A stretch of DNA of 64,000 nucleotides from Thermoanaerobaculia bacterium (GTDB lineage: Bacteria > Acidobacteriota > Thermoanaerobaculia > Gp7-AA8): contig DASPZU010000015.1 of assembly GCA_035636095.1 (NCBI GenBank), forward strand, positions 15,371-79,370, in the 5' to 3' direction. Of the stretch, positions 1 to 9,575 are shown in pieces. The notes beneath the pieces are model-generated. The model ran no database searches. It was given only the letters and a program-made list of their open reading frames with translations, and was not told where the DNA came from. Every line of letters starts with the position of its first letter. Within the stretch, counting starts at the first letter, position 1. A program made the position numbers and the translations under genes.

Positions 1-874
1 CTTCAACGCCGCGCATGCCGATCGCATCAGCGCGGCATCGCTACGCAGCTCGGACGAAGACGAGGACGATCCGAACAAACAATTCCGAATCGCGAACGGC
101 TACGACGCGCTGATCGAGTGGTTGCGCGCCGGCCTCGATCCCGAACGCTCGCAGCTTCACCTGGGCAGCGAGGTCACCGAGGTCTCGTGGTCGCGCGACG
201 CGGTCGAGGTTCAGACCGCGCGTGGACAGACATTTCGCGCAAAGGCGGCGGTCATCACGATTCCGATCGGTGTCTGGAAAGCGACCGCCATCCGATTCGA
301 TCCCGTGCTGCGCGACAAGCGCAAAGCGATCGCGAAACTCGAAGTCGGCCACGTCGTGAAGATCATTTTCCGTTTCCGCAAGCGATTCTGGGACGAGCCC
401 GATTTCGTCAAGCGGCGGGCGAAGACAAAGAATTGGCAAGAAGGGATGCCGCTCAATTTCCTGCAGACCGCCGATCGATTCATTCCGACGTGGTGGACGA
501 CCGCCCCCGTTCGCGCGCCCCTGCTCACCGGCTGGGCGGGCGGACACGCCGCTGACACGCTGCTCGCTGAAGGTTCAGAGTCGATGGTCGATCGCGCCCT
601 CGACTCGCTCGCGACCGCGTTCGCGATCAAGCGGCGCGAAATCGACACCTTGTTCGATTCCTCCCACACCCACGACTGGCAATCGGATCGATTCAGCCGC
701 GGGGCGTATAGTTATCCGGGCGTCGGCGGTCAAAAGGCGCACGATTCCCTCGCCAAGCCGATCGCCGGGACGCTATTCTTTGCCGGGGAAGCGACAACCG
801 CTAAGGAGACTGGGACCGTCGCGGGAGCGATCTCAACCGGAAAACATGTTGCAAAGCAGATTCTCTCGACCTAA
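1..874 (+). CDS. Flavin-containing amine oxidase (C-terminal part; 5' end lies outside the window)
   Basis: The frame is open from position 2, with no start in the window. Motifs GYDALIEWL and the C-terminal FFAGEATT are typical of FAD amine/polyamine oxidases. Confidence 0.65.
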   Translation, partial: FNAAHADRISAASLRSSDEDEDDPNKQFRIANGYDALIEWLRAGLDPERSQLHLGSEVTEVSWSRDAVEVQTARGQTFRAKAAVITIPIGVWKATAIRFDPVLRDKRKAIAKLEVGHVVKIIFRFRKRFWDEPDFVKRRAKTKNWQEGMPLNFLQTADRFIPTWWTTAPVRAPLLTGWAGGHAADTLLAEGSESMVDRALDSLATAFAIKRREIDTLFDSSHTHDWQSDRFSRGAYSYPGVGGQKAHDSLAKPIAGTLFFAGEATTAKETGTVAGAISTGKHVAKQILST

Positions 875-908
875 TATGCTGTGACGGCATATCAAATAAG
901 GAGGCTGC

Positions 909-3698
909 ATGACCCGCGTAGCCCGACTCGTCGCCGCGTTTCTCCTCTTCTCTGCGATTTCCGAAGCCCGAGTTATTTCGTATGCGCCGTACACAAATCG
1001 CGCGTCGATCCCTGCCGTTCAGAATCGGCTCAATCGGCATTTCGTGCTGATCGAGCAAACCCCGGCGGGTTCGAGTTCGATCATTTCTCCACCTCCTCCG
1101 TGCTGCAATAACCCCACACCGTCGCAGCTCGTCCTCTACGACGCGCAGGGCCTGGAGGAGCCGCGCGTCATCTTTCCTGCCGATGGGTCGTCGTCTGCCA
1201 TCAGCAGCGCGACGGTTCGCGAAGAGGCAGGCGTTGTCTCCATCCTCATCCAGACCAGCGCCAATTTCCTCGGCGCCAACCCGACCAATCAGTTCATCTG
1301 GCTGCTGACGAATGACAGCGGCGCGAGCTGGATGAAGGTGGCGATTCCGACAACCCCCACCGTGACGACCCTGGCGGCCGACTTCGGCGGACCGTTCGCG
1401 CGGGGCCGCTACAGCAACGTACGGGTCGGGACACCTGAAGTGCCGTTCGTCGTCGGCAATTCGCTGGGTGTATTCGCCGTGTCGAATGTCGGCACGGTGA
1501 AGCAAATTTTCACTTCAAGCGTGATGTCGACAATTCCGCTGATCGGCTCCGATCGCGAAGGGCGACGATTCCTCGTCAACGCGCCCAACACGATTTACAC
1601 CGTCGATATCAACGGCAATCAAAGCGCAGTTGCGGCGAGGCCGGGCGCGGTTACGATCGAAGGTTGGATCACCCCCGACGGCGCCGCGTACCTCGAGCAG
1701 GCATTCAGTCCAGGCAATGTCGTGCTGTTTTACGCGAAGGACGGCAATATCACACCGGTCGCCGCCTCGTGGGATGGCCCGCCTAACGCGCAGCCACCGA
1801 TCAATTCTTCGTGGATATTTTTCGCGGTCCCGACCAGCGACTACTCCGGCGCGTGGGTCATGCGTCGCGGCGGCAATCGCCCGACGTCGCTTTTGCTGCA
1901 CACGCCGACTGCTGGACTCGTTCAGCAATGGCAGGACGTGTCGGCGCCGCAGGTCGAAGCGCTGCACGCCGCACCGTCAGGGACGAAGCTTCTGGTCCAG
2001 GTGCATCGCCCAAGACAGAGCGTCGATAACCTCCTGTTCAAAGATCCGGCGCTCGCGGTCTGGCCCATCGGCAGTCCTGCACCGCGCTCGTACGACGAAT
2101 TATTTCTGAGCGAGACATCGACCAAAGGGTTCGTGCATCTCGACGTCGACGCCATCGCGGGCGGTGCGACGTTCGTTTTCGATTCCGGCGTCCCGCAGCC
2201 GCTGGGCGGCGGCGTCATCATCTCGCCCGCGCCGCCGAGCGCCGGCGGAAGCGACGTCGTCCAGGAGTGGGGCGTCGTACGCGGCTCACTGCGGCAACAG
2301 CTCGTGCTTCCCGGCGTCGGCCGCACCCCTGGTGCTTTCGGCAGCAACTGGGCGACGGACGTCACGATCTACAACCCGTCCGACGGCCCGCTGCAGGTGA
2401 ACCTCAATTACGTGCCGAACGGCGGCGCTCCGGTTGCCGACGTCTTTGTCAATCTGTTGCTGCAGCCGCGTGAGATCCGCTCCATTCCCGACATCCTCGG
2501 CACCCTGTTCAACATCGACAACAGCAGCGGCGCGTTGTACATCTCTCCCGAGCAAGGCGGCGGCGTCAACATCACCAGCCGCACCTACAACAAGGCCGGC
2601 AACGGAACTTACGGCTTCACGATGAACGGGATCGATGTCTTCACCGCCGCCGGTCCACGCTTTCCGCTGACGTTCTCCGGCGCATTCGAAGGGGCGAACT
2701 TCCGCACCAACGTGATGCTGACCGACGTCTCCGGCCGCGGCACCGAAGTCTCCGCAACGGCCGCGAGCCCGAATGGATCGAGCGCAACGGAAGCGGTGAC
2801 GCTCACCGGCCCGAAGTCTGGGCAGACACAGATCAACGGCGTGGCGCCGCTGGTCGGACTGTCAACGACCGATACCGGCGCGCTCGTTTTGCGGCCTAAC
2901 AAGGGTGAGCTGCTGGCCTCCGTCTTCGTCGTCGACAATCGCACCAACGATCCGACCTTCTTCCCGCCCGATATTCCGGCCTCCGTCATGCGCGTCATTC
3001 CCGCCATCGGACACCTCGACGGCGCGAATGGATCGAAGTTCCGAAGCGATCTCTATCTCTTCAACAACTCTGCGCAGGTGAAGACGCTGACGCTCCAGGC
3101 GAAACTGTGGGACGTCTCGGAAAATCCGAGCACCCTGCAATTCACATTGCTCCCTTTCGAGGCCCGCGTGATCCGTGACGTGTTGATGACGGCCTTCGGC
3201 AAGACCGGCATCGCGCGATTGCGCTTCACAGCGCAAGGCACGACCAACGACACCAGCGTTCGCGTCACTTCGCGCACCTACACCATCGATCCCAGCGGCG
3301 GAACGTACGGCTTCCTCATGCCGCCGCTCAACAGCTTCCAATCCGGCGGCCCGGGTGACACGCTCGAGATTCTCGGCGCCACCCTCGATCCTCGTTTCCG
3401 CACCAACCTCGGCCTCGTTGATTTGACGGCCTTTCCGGGACCGAGGGCTGCGCGCGCGAAGATCGAGATCATCGACGACGCGGGCAAGGCGCTCGACAGT
3501 TTCGAGGTCAGCATCCTCTCCGCCGGCGGCATGCAGATCAACGATCTCTTCCACGGCCGCAGCCTGCCGGAGAGCGGCAAGCCGGTGCTGATTCGAGTGA
3601 CGACAATCGAGGGCATGATCGGTGCGTACGCCGCCTTCGTCGACAACGGCACCAATGACCCAGCCTACGTGGCGGCCAATTTAGCTGCGAAGGAGTAG
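909..3698 (+). CDS. Large secreted repeat-module protein (929 aa), function unknown
   Basis: ATG is preceded by AAGGAGG. Signal peptide MTRVARLVAAFLLFSAISEA. The composition is beta-rich (T/S/G/N). It contains at least two to three copies of a module carrying P-x-x-G-x-x-G-A-x-G-S-x-W/F ... NP ... Y-V-P. The module is paralogous to the partial gene at 63344. Confidence 0.6.
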   Translation: MTRVARLVAAFLLFSAISEARVISYAPYTNRASIPAVQNRLNRHFVLIEQTPAGSSSIISPPPPCCNNPTPSQLVLYDAQGLEEPRVIFPADGSSSAISSATVREEAGVVSILIQTSANFLGANPTNQFIWLLTNDSGASWMKVAIPTTPTVTTLAADFGGPFARGRYSNVRVGTPEVPFVVGNSLGVFAVSNVGTVKQIFTSSVMSTIPLIGSDREGRRFLVNAPNTIYTVDINGNQSAVAARPGAVTIEGWITPDGAAYLEQAFSPGNVVLFYAKDGNITPVAASWDGPPNAQPPINSSWIFFAVPTSDYSGAWVMRRGGNRPTSLLLHTPTAGLVQQWQDVSAPQVEALHAAPSGTKLLVQVHRPRQSVDNLLFKDPALAVWPIGSPAPRSYDELFLSETSTKGFVHLDVDAIAGGATFVFDSGVPQPLGGGVIISPAPPSAGGSDVVQEWGVVRGSLRQQLVLPGVGRTPGAFGSNWATDVTIYNPSDGPLQVNLNYVPNGGAPVADVFVNLLLQPREIRSIPDILGTLFNIDNSSGALYISPEQGGGVNITSRTYNKAGNGTYGFTMNGIDVFTAAGPRFPLTFSGAFEGANFRTNVMLTDVSGRGTEVSATAASPNGSSATEAVTLTGPKSGQTQINGVAPLVGLSTTDTGALVLRPNKGELLASVFVVDNRTNDPTFFPPDIPASVMRVIPAIGHLDGANGSKFRSDLYLFNNSAQVKTLTLQAKLWDVSENPSTLQFTLLPFEARVIRDVLMTAFGKTGIARLRFTAQGTTNDTSVRVTSRTYTIDPSGGTYGFLMPPLNSFQSGGPGDTLEILGATLDPRFRTNLGLVDLTAFPGPRAARAKIEIIDDAGKALDSFEVSILSAGGMQINDLFHGRSLPESGKPVLIRVTTIEGMIGAYAAFVDNGTNDPAYVAANLAAKE

Positions 3699-3758
3699 CC
3701 GCCCACGCGCCCGGTTGGGACGTTGGGATGTTGGGATGAGGGCTGTATGGCAGCCCTC
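3699..3758 (+). repeat. Left arm of a heptamer-array inverted repeat plus a terminator-like GC hairpin
   Basis: Leader CCCACGCGCCCGG is followed by (GTTGGGA)x3, then the hairpin GAGGGCTG-tatgg-CAGCCCTC and a U-rich tail. The mirror copy lies at 4143-4196. Confidence 0.6.
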
Positions 3759-4101
3759 ATCTTCGTCTGACGTAGCCGATGTATCCCTCCAGGGCGCGTC
3801 GCGATTCGTCGAGAGTTTCGAAGGGTTCTTTGCGCCGCAAGTAACCTACGCGTTCAGCGATGATCAGCTGCGTCTCGAGCTCGAACAATGATCCACGGGC
3901 CTGACTCAGAAATTGCCTTCGCTCACCCGAAGTCAGACGTCCTTCACCTTCAGCAATATTTGAGGGGATTGAGACCGCACTCTTTCGCACCTGATGCGTC
4001 AACCCGTAAATTTCTCGGCCGGGAAAAGCGTCAGTCACACGATAGATTTGCTCACAGAGAGTCATGGCGTGTTGCCACGCGACAAGGTCCTTGTAATTCA
4101 T
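3757..4101 (-). CDS. Four-helix-bundle protein (23S rRNA intervening-sequence protein / Avd-like family)
   Basis: 114 aa starting MNYKDLVAWQ...IYGLTHQVRKSAVSIPSNIAEGEGR...FLSQARGSLFELETQL, which is characteristic of the TIGR02436/PF05635-type four-helix bundle. ATG start at 4101. Confidence 0.8.
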   Translation of the reverse strand: MNYKDLVAWQHAMTLCEQIYRVTDAFPGREIYGLTHQVRKSAVSIPSNIAEGEGRLTSGERRQFLSQARGSLFELETQLIIAERVGYLRRKEPFETLDESRRALEGYIGYVRRR

Positions 4102-4142
4102 GAGTGATTGACGGAGCGACTACGGGAAGACGCGATCGCGCC

Positions 4143-4196
4143 TCGTGTGGGACACAGATCCTAACATCCTAACGTCCCAACCGGGTGGGTGGGGGG
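4143..4196 (-). repeat. Right arm (inverted copy) of the heptamer-array repeat
   Basis: On the minus strand it reads CCCACCCACCCGG + GTTGGGACGTTAGGATGTTAGGAT, about 27/29 identical to 3711-3739 in inverted orientation. Confidence 0.6.
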
Positions 4197-6104
4197 TCAG
4201 TGCGACCGTTCGTTCCCAATCCGCGTCTGGCTGAGCGTTTCCTGAAATTGCGGCGCGGGGACGGGGAAGCCGAAGTAGAAGCCCTGCACCTCGCGGCAGC
4301 CGTGCTCCCTCAGAAAATCGAGCTGCGGCTTGGTCTCGACTCCCTCCGCCACGACGCGCAGGTTGAGTCCCTGCGCGAGCTCGATGACCGACCGAACGAT
4401 GGCGGCATCTTCGAATCGGTCGGGCAGGTCCTCCACGAAATTGCGATCGATTTTGAGGCAGTCGATCGGGAAGCGTTTCAGGTAGCTCAGCGATGAGTGC
4501 CCCATGCCGAAATCGTCGATGGCGATGCTGATACCGGTGCGGCGCAAGCGCTCGAGTACCTTGAAAGTCAGATCGACATTCTCCATGGCCACGCTCTCGG
4601 TGATCTCGAGCTCGAGACACTCCGGTTCGATCCGCGCCTGCTTGATGGCCGACTCGATTCCGTCAACCAGCGAGAGCTCGCGGAACTGGCGCGCGGAAAG
4701 ATTCACGGCCACCCTGAAATCGGGGAAGCCGAGGTCCCGGAAGGCGCGGGCCTGATGAAGGGCGGTGCGCAGCACCCAATCGCCGATCAACACGATGAAT
4801 CCGCGCTCTTCGGCCACGGACAGGAAACTTCCCGGCGACATGAGCCCGCGCTCCGGATGCCGCCATCGCAGGAGTGCCTCCATGCCCACGATGCGATTGG
4901 TGCGGATGTCGATCTGGGGCTGGTAGTAGACCTCGAACTCGTTCCGCTCCATGGCCTGATGCAGACCGCTTTCGAGTGTCAGGCGCTCCTGCATCGAGCG
5001 GCTCAGCTCCTGGGTCGACATCTCGTAGCAATTGCGGCCGACCGCTTTCGCTCGATACATGGCATTGTCGGCGTTCTTGAGCAGCGTCTCGGCGTCCTCG
5101 CCGTCGTCGGGATAGACGGTGATGCCGACGCTGGCGGTGATGTAGAGGCGCTGGCCGTCGATGTCGATCGGCTCGGCGATGATCCGCAACACGCGCTGCG
5201 CCATCGATGCCGCGTCTTCTTTCTTTTCCAGCTCCTGAAGGACGATGGTGAACTCGTCGCCGCCGACGCGGGCCACGACATCGCCTTCGCGCACGCTGTT
5301 TTTCAAACGCGTTGCGATCTCGCGCAACAAACTGTCTCCGAGTGTGTGACCGAGGGAGTCGTTGACGACTTTGAAGTTATCGAGGTCGAGGAACAGCACC
5401 GCCACCGGGCGCCGCTTGCGCTGGGCAAGGGCAAGCGCGAGCGTCAGATGTTCCTGGAAGAGCCGGCGGTTGGCGAGTCCGGTGAGCGCGTCGTGATACG
5501 ACTGGTACTCCATCTGCTGCTCGGCGCGCTTTCGGTCGGTCAGATCGAGAATCTTGCCGATGACACCCGAGACGTTGCCCTTCGAATCAAACTGCGGGCG
5601 GTAGGAAGCGGTGATCCATCCCTGCCGGTCAGTTCCGGGAATCATGTACGAGGTCTCGGCGAGCGAAACTGTCTCGCCCATCAGGACGCGCGCCAGGATG
5701 TCGTCGATGGGCTGTTCGCCGAGGACGGGGAAGAAATCGCCGGCGCGTTTGCCCAGGACTTCCTCGGCGCGAAGACCGGTGAACTCTTCCATGAAGTGAT
5801 TCCAGACCTGACAACGCAGCTCCCGGTCGTAGACCACAATTCCCTCGGCGACATTCGACATGATGTCGGTAGCAAGGTCGGGATCATGGCGTACGCTCTC
5901 GGGGGTGGGGGCGGGCTCGGGCTCGCGCGATTCGCGGGGAGCGCTCCGCTCGCGCATCCGAACCAGCTGGGGCGTGCGTCCGGTGAGAGCGAGGGTGATC
6001 GATACGAAAGCGGAACCGACGACGATGCACACAGCCACCAACGCGGCGGAGATGGCTATGGCGAGGACAACTAGAGCGGCGGAAATCACTACCTCAGCCG
6101 GCAT
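4197..6104 (-). CDS. Membrane-anchored PAS-GGDEF-EAL protein (diguanylate cyclase/phosphodiesterase)
   Basis: N-terminal transmembrane segment. GGDEF (VARVGGDEF) and EAL (EALLRW) motifs are both intact. The track start at 6143 is TTG; the in-frame ATG (MPAEVV...) at 6104 is the alternative. Confidence 0.85.
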   Translation of the reverse strand: MPAEVVISAALVVLAIAISAALVAVCIVVGSAFVSITLALTGRTPQLVRMRERSAPRESREPEPAPTPESVRHDPDLATDIMSNVAEGIVVYDRELRCQVWNHFMEEFTGLRAEEVLGKRAGDFFPVLGEQPIDDILARVLMGETVSLAETSYMIPGTDRQGWITASYRPQFDSKGNVSGVIGKILDLTDRKRAEQQMEYQSYHDALTGLANRRLFQEHLTLALALAQRKRRPVAVLFLDLDNFKVVNDSLGHTLGDSLLREIATRLKNSVREGDVVARVGGDEFTIVLQELEKKEDAASMAQRVLRIIAEPIDIDGQRLYITASVGITVYPDDGEDAETLLKNADNAMYRAKAVGRNCYEMSTQELSRSMQERLTLESGLHQAMERNEFEVYYQPQIDIRTNRIVGMEALLRWRHPERGLMSPGSFLSVAEERGFIVLIGDWVLRTALHQARAFRDLGFPDFRVAVNLSARQFRELSLVDGIESAIKQARIEPECLELEITESVAMENVDLTFKVLERLRRTGISIAIDDFGMGHSSLSYLKRFPIDCLKIDRNFVEDLPDRFEDAAIVRSVIELAQGLNLRVVAEGVETKPQLDFLREHGCREVQGFYFGFPVPAPQFQETLSQTRIGNERSH

Positions 6105-6256
6105 CCGCAAAAATAGTGTCGTCGACTCGCGAAAATGTTGCAAGAAAAAACTTTAGGGTAATTATCGACAGATTTCAGTCTCAAGATCATGAGCTATTGC
6201 GATTCGCGCCCGTTTCTGATCAGCAGGAGCTCGCGACCAGGTAGGGGCTCACGCGG

Positions 6257-6607
6257 CTAGGGGAACGCCCAAAGCACGCCAGCCGCAACGATGGTGAGCA
6301 CGGTGGCTCCCCCGTAGCAAATGACGGCAATCAACCCGTACAGGTGCTCGAGCTGCAATCCGTCGTAGAGCGTGTAACGGAAGCGATGCCCCCAATGGAA
6401 GAACGAGAGTGACACGAGCACGAACAGCGACAGCCGGACCAGCGGATGCTGCAGCTTGTGGACGAACAGACTGTAGGACGGAGCTTCGACCCAGCCGATC
6501 GGAACGGAAATCAACAAGAGCAGGACAAGCGCGGGGAGGAAAAGCGCCGCTATTGTTCCGCCGCCGCTGAACAAAACCCAGAAAAACGGCTCTCTCGATC
6601 GCGGCAT
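6257..6607 (-). CDS. frdD: Fumarate reductase membrane anchor subunit D
   Basis: 116 aa and hydrophobic. EPFFWVLFSGGG aligns with E. coli FrdD EPVFWGLFGAGG. It is the last gene of a frdABCD-ordered cluster. Confidence 0.8.
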   Translation of the reverse strand: MPRSREPFFWVLFSGGGTIAALFLPALVLLLLISVPIGWVEAPSYSLFVHKLQHPLVRLSLFVLVSLSFFHWGHRFRYTLYDGLQLEHLYGLIAVICYGGATVLTIVAAGVLWAFP

Positions 6608-6610
6608 GGG

Positions 6611-7021
6611 TCACCCCTGCAGAAAAAACCAGAACACCAGCCACGAGGCGGCGAGAAATCCGAGATAGTGAGCGAGTAGCACCATTCGGCCTGGAACCTG
6701 ACGATGCCTCACACGGATCACCATCGCTTTCGGTGCCAGCTTGAGCCAGGTGATCGTATGAAAAAGCACGGCAACGAAGATCAGGGTGTGGAGAATCAAC
6801 GCAAGAGGAGACTGCAGAAACCGCATGAACCGCGCGTAGGTTTGCTCCCCGCCGCTGAGCATCCATACGAATACGACCAGAAGGACCGCCGAGTAGCCGA
6901 CCGCAAGACTGGTCAATTCGCGGATGATGAACTTGATATAGGAGAGTCTTTCCAACCACCAGAAAATCGGCATCTGGGCGCGGTACCACCTCGGGTGGTA
7001 GAGCTTGTAGGTCGGATTCAC
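6611..7021 (-). CDS. frdC: Fumarate reductase membrane anchor subunit C
   Basis: ...[28 protein letters not shown] resembles the E. coli FrdC N-terminus ([24 protein letters not shown]). The start is GTG at 7021 overlapping the frdB stop (GTGA), or ATG at 6973. Confidence 0.7.
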   Translation of the reverse strand: MNPTYKLYHPRWYRAQMPIFWWLERLSYIKFIIRELTSLAVGYSAVLLVVFVWMLSGGEQTYARFMRFLQSPLALILHTLIFVAVLFHTITWLKLAPKAMVIRVRHRQVPGRMVLLAHYLGFLAASWLVFWFFLQG

Positions 7022-7758
7022 TGTTTTCCCCACGGCATCAACACCGATTTGATCCAATCCATCGTCGCCTGCACCTTGTAACGCTGAATCGCGCCAGCCG
7101 GATCGACCTTTTTCGGACAGACCACCGAGCACTCGCCGACGAATGTGCAGTTCCAGATGCCGTAGTGCGTCGACAACACATCCATCCTCTCGTCCGATCC
7201 CTGATCGCGTGAATCCATGTTGTAGCGCTGCGCGAGGGCGATGGCCGCCGGGCCAATGAACAGCGGCTCGAGCGGATAGATCGGACAGGCCGAATAGCAC
7301 AGCAGGCAGTTGATGCACATGCTGTACTTCTTGTATTCCGCCAGCTCTTCGGGTGTCTGCAGGTACTCTCCCTCGGAGAGCGGCTTCTCATGTGTGCGAG
7401 TGATCCACGGCTTGACGCGCTCGAGTTTGTCGACGAAGTCCTGAATGTCGACGACAAGATCGCGAATCACGGGAAACGCTTTCAGCGGCTCGACGCGGAC
7501 CGGGGCCGACACGCTGGACAGATAGGTCGCACAAGTGAGCACCGGCTCGCCATTCACCATCATCCCGCAGCTTCCGCATACGCCCATCCGGCACGCCCAA
7601 CGGTACGAGAGACTCCCGTCGAGATGATCCTTGATGTAATTGAGGGCATCGAGCACCATCCACTCGGAGCGGGCCGGAACCTCGAAGACGTCCCAGGAGG
7701 GCTTCTCCTCCTCTTCCGGCCGATAGCGCTGAATCTCGACGGTGACCAACTCTGTCAT
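7018..7758 (-). CDS. frdB: Fumarate reductase / succinate dehydrogenase iron-sulfur subunit
   Basis: Cysteine clusters [15 protein letters not shown] and [15 protein letters not shown] at 7758. Confidence 0.9.
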   Translation of the reverse strand: MTELVTVEIQRYRPEEEEKPSWDVFEVPARSEWMVLDALNYIKDHLDGSLSYRWACRMGVCGSCGMMVNGEPVLTCATYLSSVSAPVRVEPLKAFPVIRDLVVDIQDFVDKLERVKPWITRTHEKPLSEGEYLQTPEELAEYKKYSMCINCLLCYSACPIYPLEPLFIGPAAIALAQRYNMDSRDQGSDERMDVLSTHYGIWNCTFVGECSVVCPKKVDPAGAIQRYKVQATMDWIKSVLMPWGKQ

Positions 7759-7759
7759 T

Positions 7760-9502
7760 TCACCTCCCGTATACCCGATCCGCCGGCGGCCAGCGGGTGA
7801 TGGTTACCGGTAGATACTCGATCCTTGGTGCTCCCGCTTCGTTTTTGTAGGCCAGGGAGTGAGCGAGAAACTTCGAGTCGTCTCGCTGTGGGTGATCGGT
7901 GCGCTGATGGGCGCCTCGCGATTCCTTCCGCTGCAGTCCGGAGTGGATGATCGATTCGGCGAGATCGAGCATATACGAGAGCTCCAGGCATCCGACCAAC
8001 TCGGTGTTGAAGGTGCGGCTTCTATCCTCCAGTGAGATGGAATGGAATCTCTCCTTGAGCGCAGCAATTTTTCCAGCCGCCGTCTCCAGACCACGCTGAT
8101 CCCGATAGATGCCCGCCCCTGCCTCCATGGTCAGCTGCATGTCGGTCCTCAAGTCGGCCAGCCGCTCCTTGCCGTTTTTCTTCTCGAGGAAATCTCCCAG
8201 CAGGTGGCGCTCCTCATCCATCGCCTGAGCCAGCACAGCGCGACTTGGACCGCCCTGAGTGGTCGCGAATGCGGCGGCGGCCTTTCCAGCGCGCGCTCCA
8301 AAGACGAGCAGCTCGGTGAGGGAGTTGGAACCGAGGCGGTTCGCCCCATTGATGCTGACGCAAGCCGCTTCGCCGGCGGCGTAGAGTCCGGGCAGAGGCG
8401 TCGCTCCCTCAATGTCGGTGTGGACCCCTCCCATCATGTAGTGCACCACCGGTCTGACCGGGATGAGCTCTCGCACCGGATCGACGTTCTCATACTTGAG
8501 GCATAGCTCTCGGACGAAGGGCAACTTCGTATCGATGAGTTTCTCGCCAAGGTGTCGAATGTCGAGATGAACGACGTGGCCGTGCGGCGTTTCGACCGTG
8601 CGTCCTTTTTCCATCTCCTTGACGAAGGCCTGTGACAGACGGTCGCGAGGTCCCAGCTCCATCGATCGCAGGACCGGCTTCGGCTCCGGCGTGCCGAGGT
8701 TGTAGTCCTGAAGGTAGCGGTAGCCATCCTTGTTGATCAGCCATCCTCCCTCCGAGCGCGCCGCCTCGGTGATCAGAATTCCGGTAAATGGGAGACCGGT
8801 CGGATGGTACTGAACAAACTCCATATCCTTCAGCGGGACTCCGGCGCGGTACGCCAGCGCCATCCCATCGCCCGTTTTGATGTTGGCGTTGGTCGTGAAA
8901 GCGAACACTTTTCCGCACCCTCCGGTGCAGAGGATCACCGCCTTAGCCAGGATGGCGTGAATCTTTCCGCTGGCCAGCTCGATGGCCACCACCCCCTGGC
9001 ATCGACCTTCGTCGACGAGCAGCGTGGTGACAAACCACTCATCGTAACGAGCAACGGTCTTGTACTTCAGCGTGGTCTGAAAAAGCGTGTGAAGCATGTG
9101 GAAGCCGGTCTTGTCGGCGGCAAACCACGTGCGCTCGATCTTCATCCCGCCGAAAGGTCTGACCGCAATGTGGCCGTCGGGCTCCCGGCTCCATGGGCAG
9201 CCCCAGTGCTCCAACCGGATCATCTCTTCCGGAGCCTCGCGCACGAAGGCCTCGACGGCATCCTGATCCGATAACCAGTCGCTGCCGCTGACGGTGTCGT
9301 AAGCATGGGCGTCGAGGCTGTCGTTCGCCTTGATGACCGCCGCCGCCCCTCCTTCCGCGGAGACGGTATGGCTCCGCATGGGGTAGACCTTGGAGACCAC
9401 GGCGACGCTGAGATTCGGATTGGTTTCGGCGATGGCGATCGCGGCCCGCAGACCTGCGCCTCCACCGCCCACCAGAAGAACGTCGTGAAAGGAAGTTTCC
9501 AT
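7760..9502 (-). CDS. frdA: Fumarate reductase flavoprotein subunit
   Basis: FAD-binding N-terminus [17 protein letters not shown] and the covalent-FAD region [13 protein letters not shown] at 9502 (METSFHD...) with GGGAG upstream. The track ORF is over-extended to 9589. Confidence 0.9.
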   Translation of the reverse strand: METSFHDVLLVGGGGAGLRAAIAIAETNPNLSVAVVSKVYPMRSHTVSAEGGAAAVIKANDSLDAHAYDTVSGSDWLSDQDAVEAFVREAPEEMIRLEHWGCPWSREPDGHIAVRPFGGMKIERTWFAADKTGFHMLHTLFQTTLKYKTVARYDEWFVTTLLVDEGRCQGVVAIELASGKIHAILAKAVILCTGGCGKVFAFTTNANIKTGDGMALAYRAGVPLKDMEFVQYHPTGLPFTGILITEAARSEGGWLINKDGYRYLQDYNLGTPEPKPVLRSMELGPRDRLSQAFVKEMEKGRTVETPHGHVVHLDIRHLGEKLIDTKLPFVRELCLKYENVDPVRELIPVRPVVHYMMGGVHTDIEGATPLPGLYAAGEAACVSINGANRLGSNSLTELLVFGARAGKAAAAFATTQGGPSRAVLAQAMDEERHLLGDFLEKKNGKERLADLRTDMQLTMEAGAGIYRDQRGLETAAGKIAALKERFHSISLEDRSRTFNTELVGCLELSYMLDLAESIIHSGLQRKESRGAHQRTDHPQRDDSKFLAHSLAYKNEAGAPRIEYLPVTITRWPPADRVYGR

Positions 9503-9575
9503 CGCTCCCGGTGTGATTGTATTTCGCGAGTTCAGAGGAGTATATCGTGCGAAGATCCGTCGGAAGGAAGGCGTC

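Noticed and set aside
3757-4101. Possible diversity-generating retroelement, because the four-helix-bundle protein is Avd-like
   Set aside because: There is no reverse transcriptase and no template/variable direct-repeat pair anywhere in the window. The neighbouring large gene is convergent rather than upstream on the same strand. The flanking repeats are inverted heptamer arrays, not TR/VR.
4497-6074. 525-aa plus-strand ORF
   Set aside because: It is antisense to the PAS-GGDEF-EAL gene. Its composition is dominated by G/A/L/D with no domain signature.
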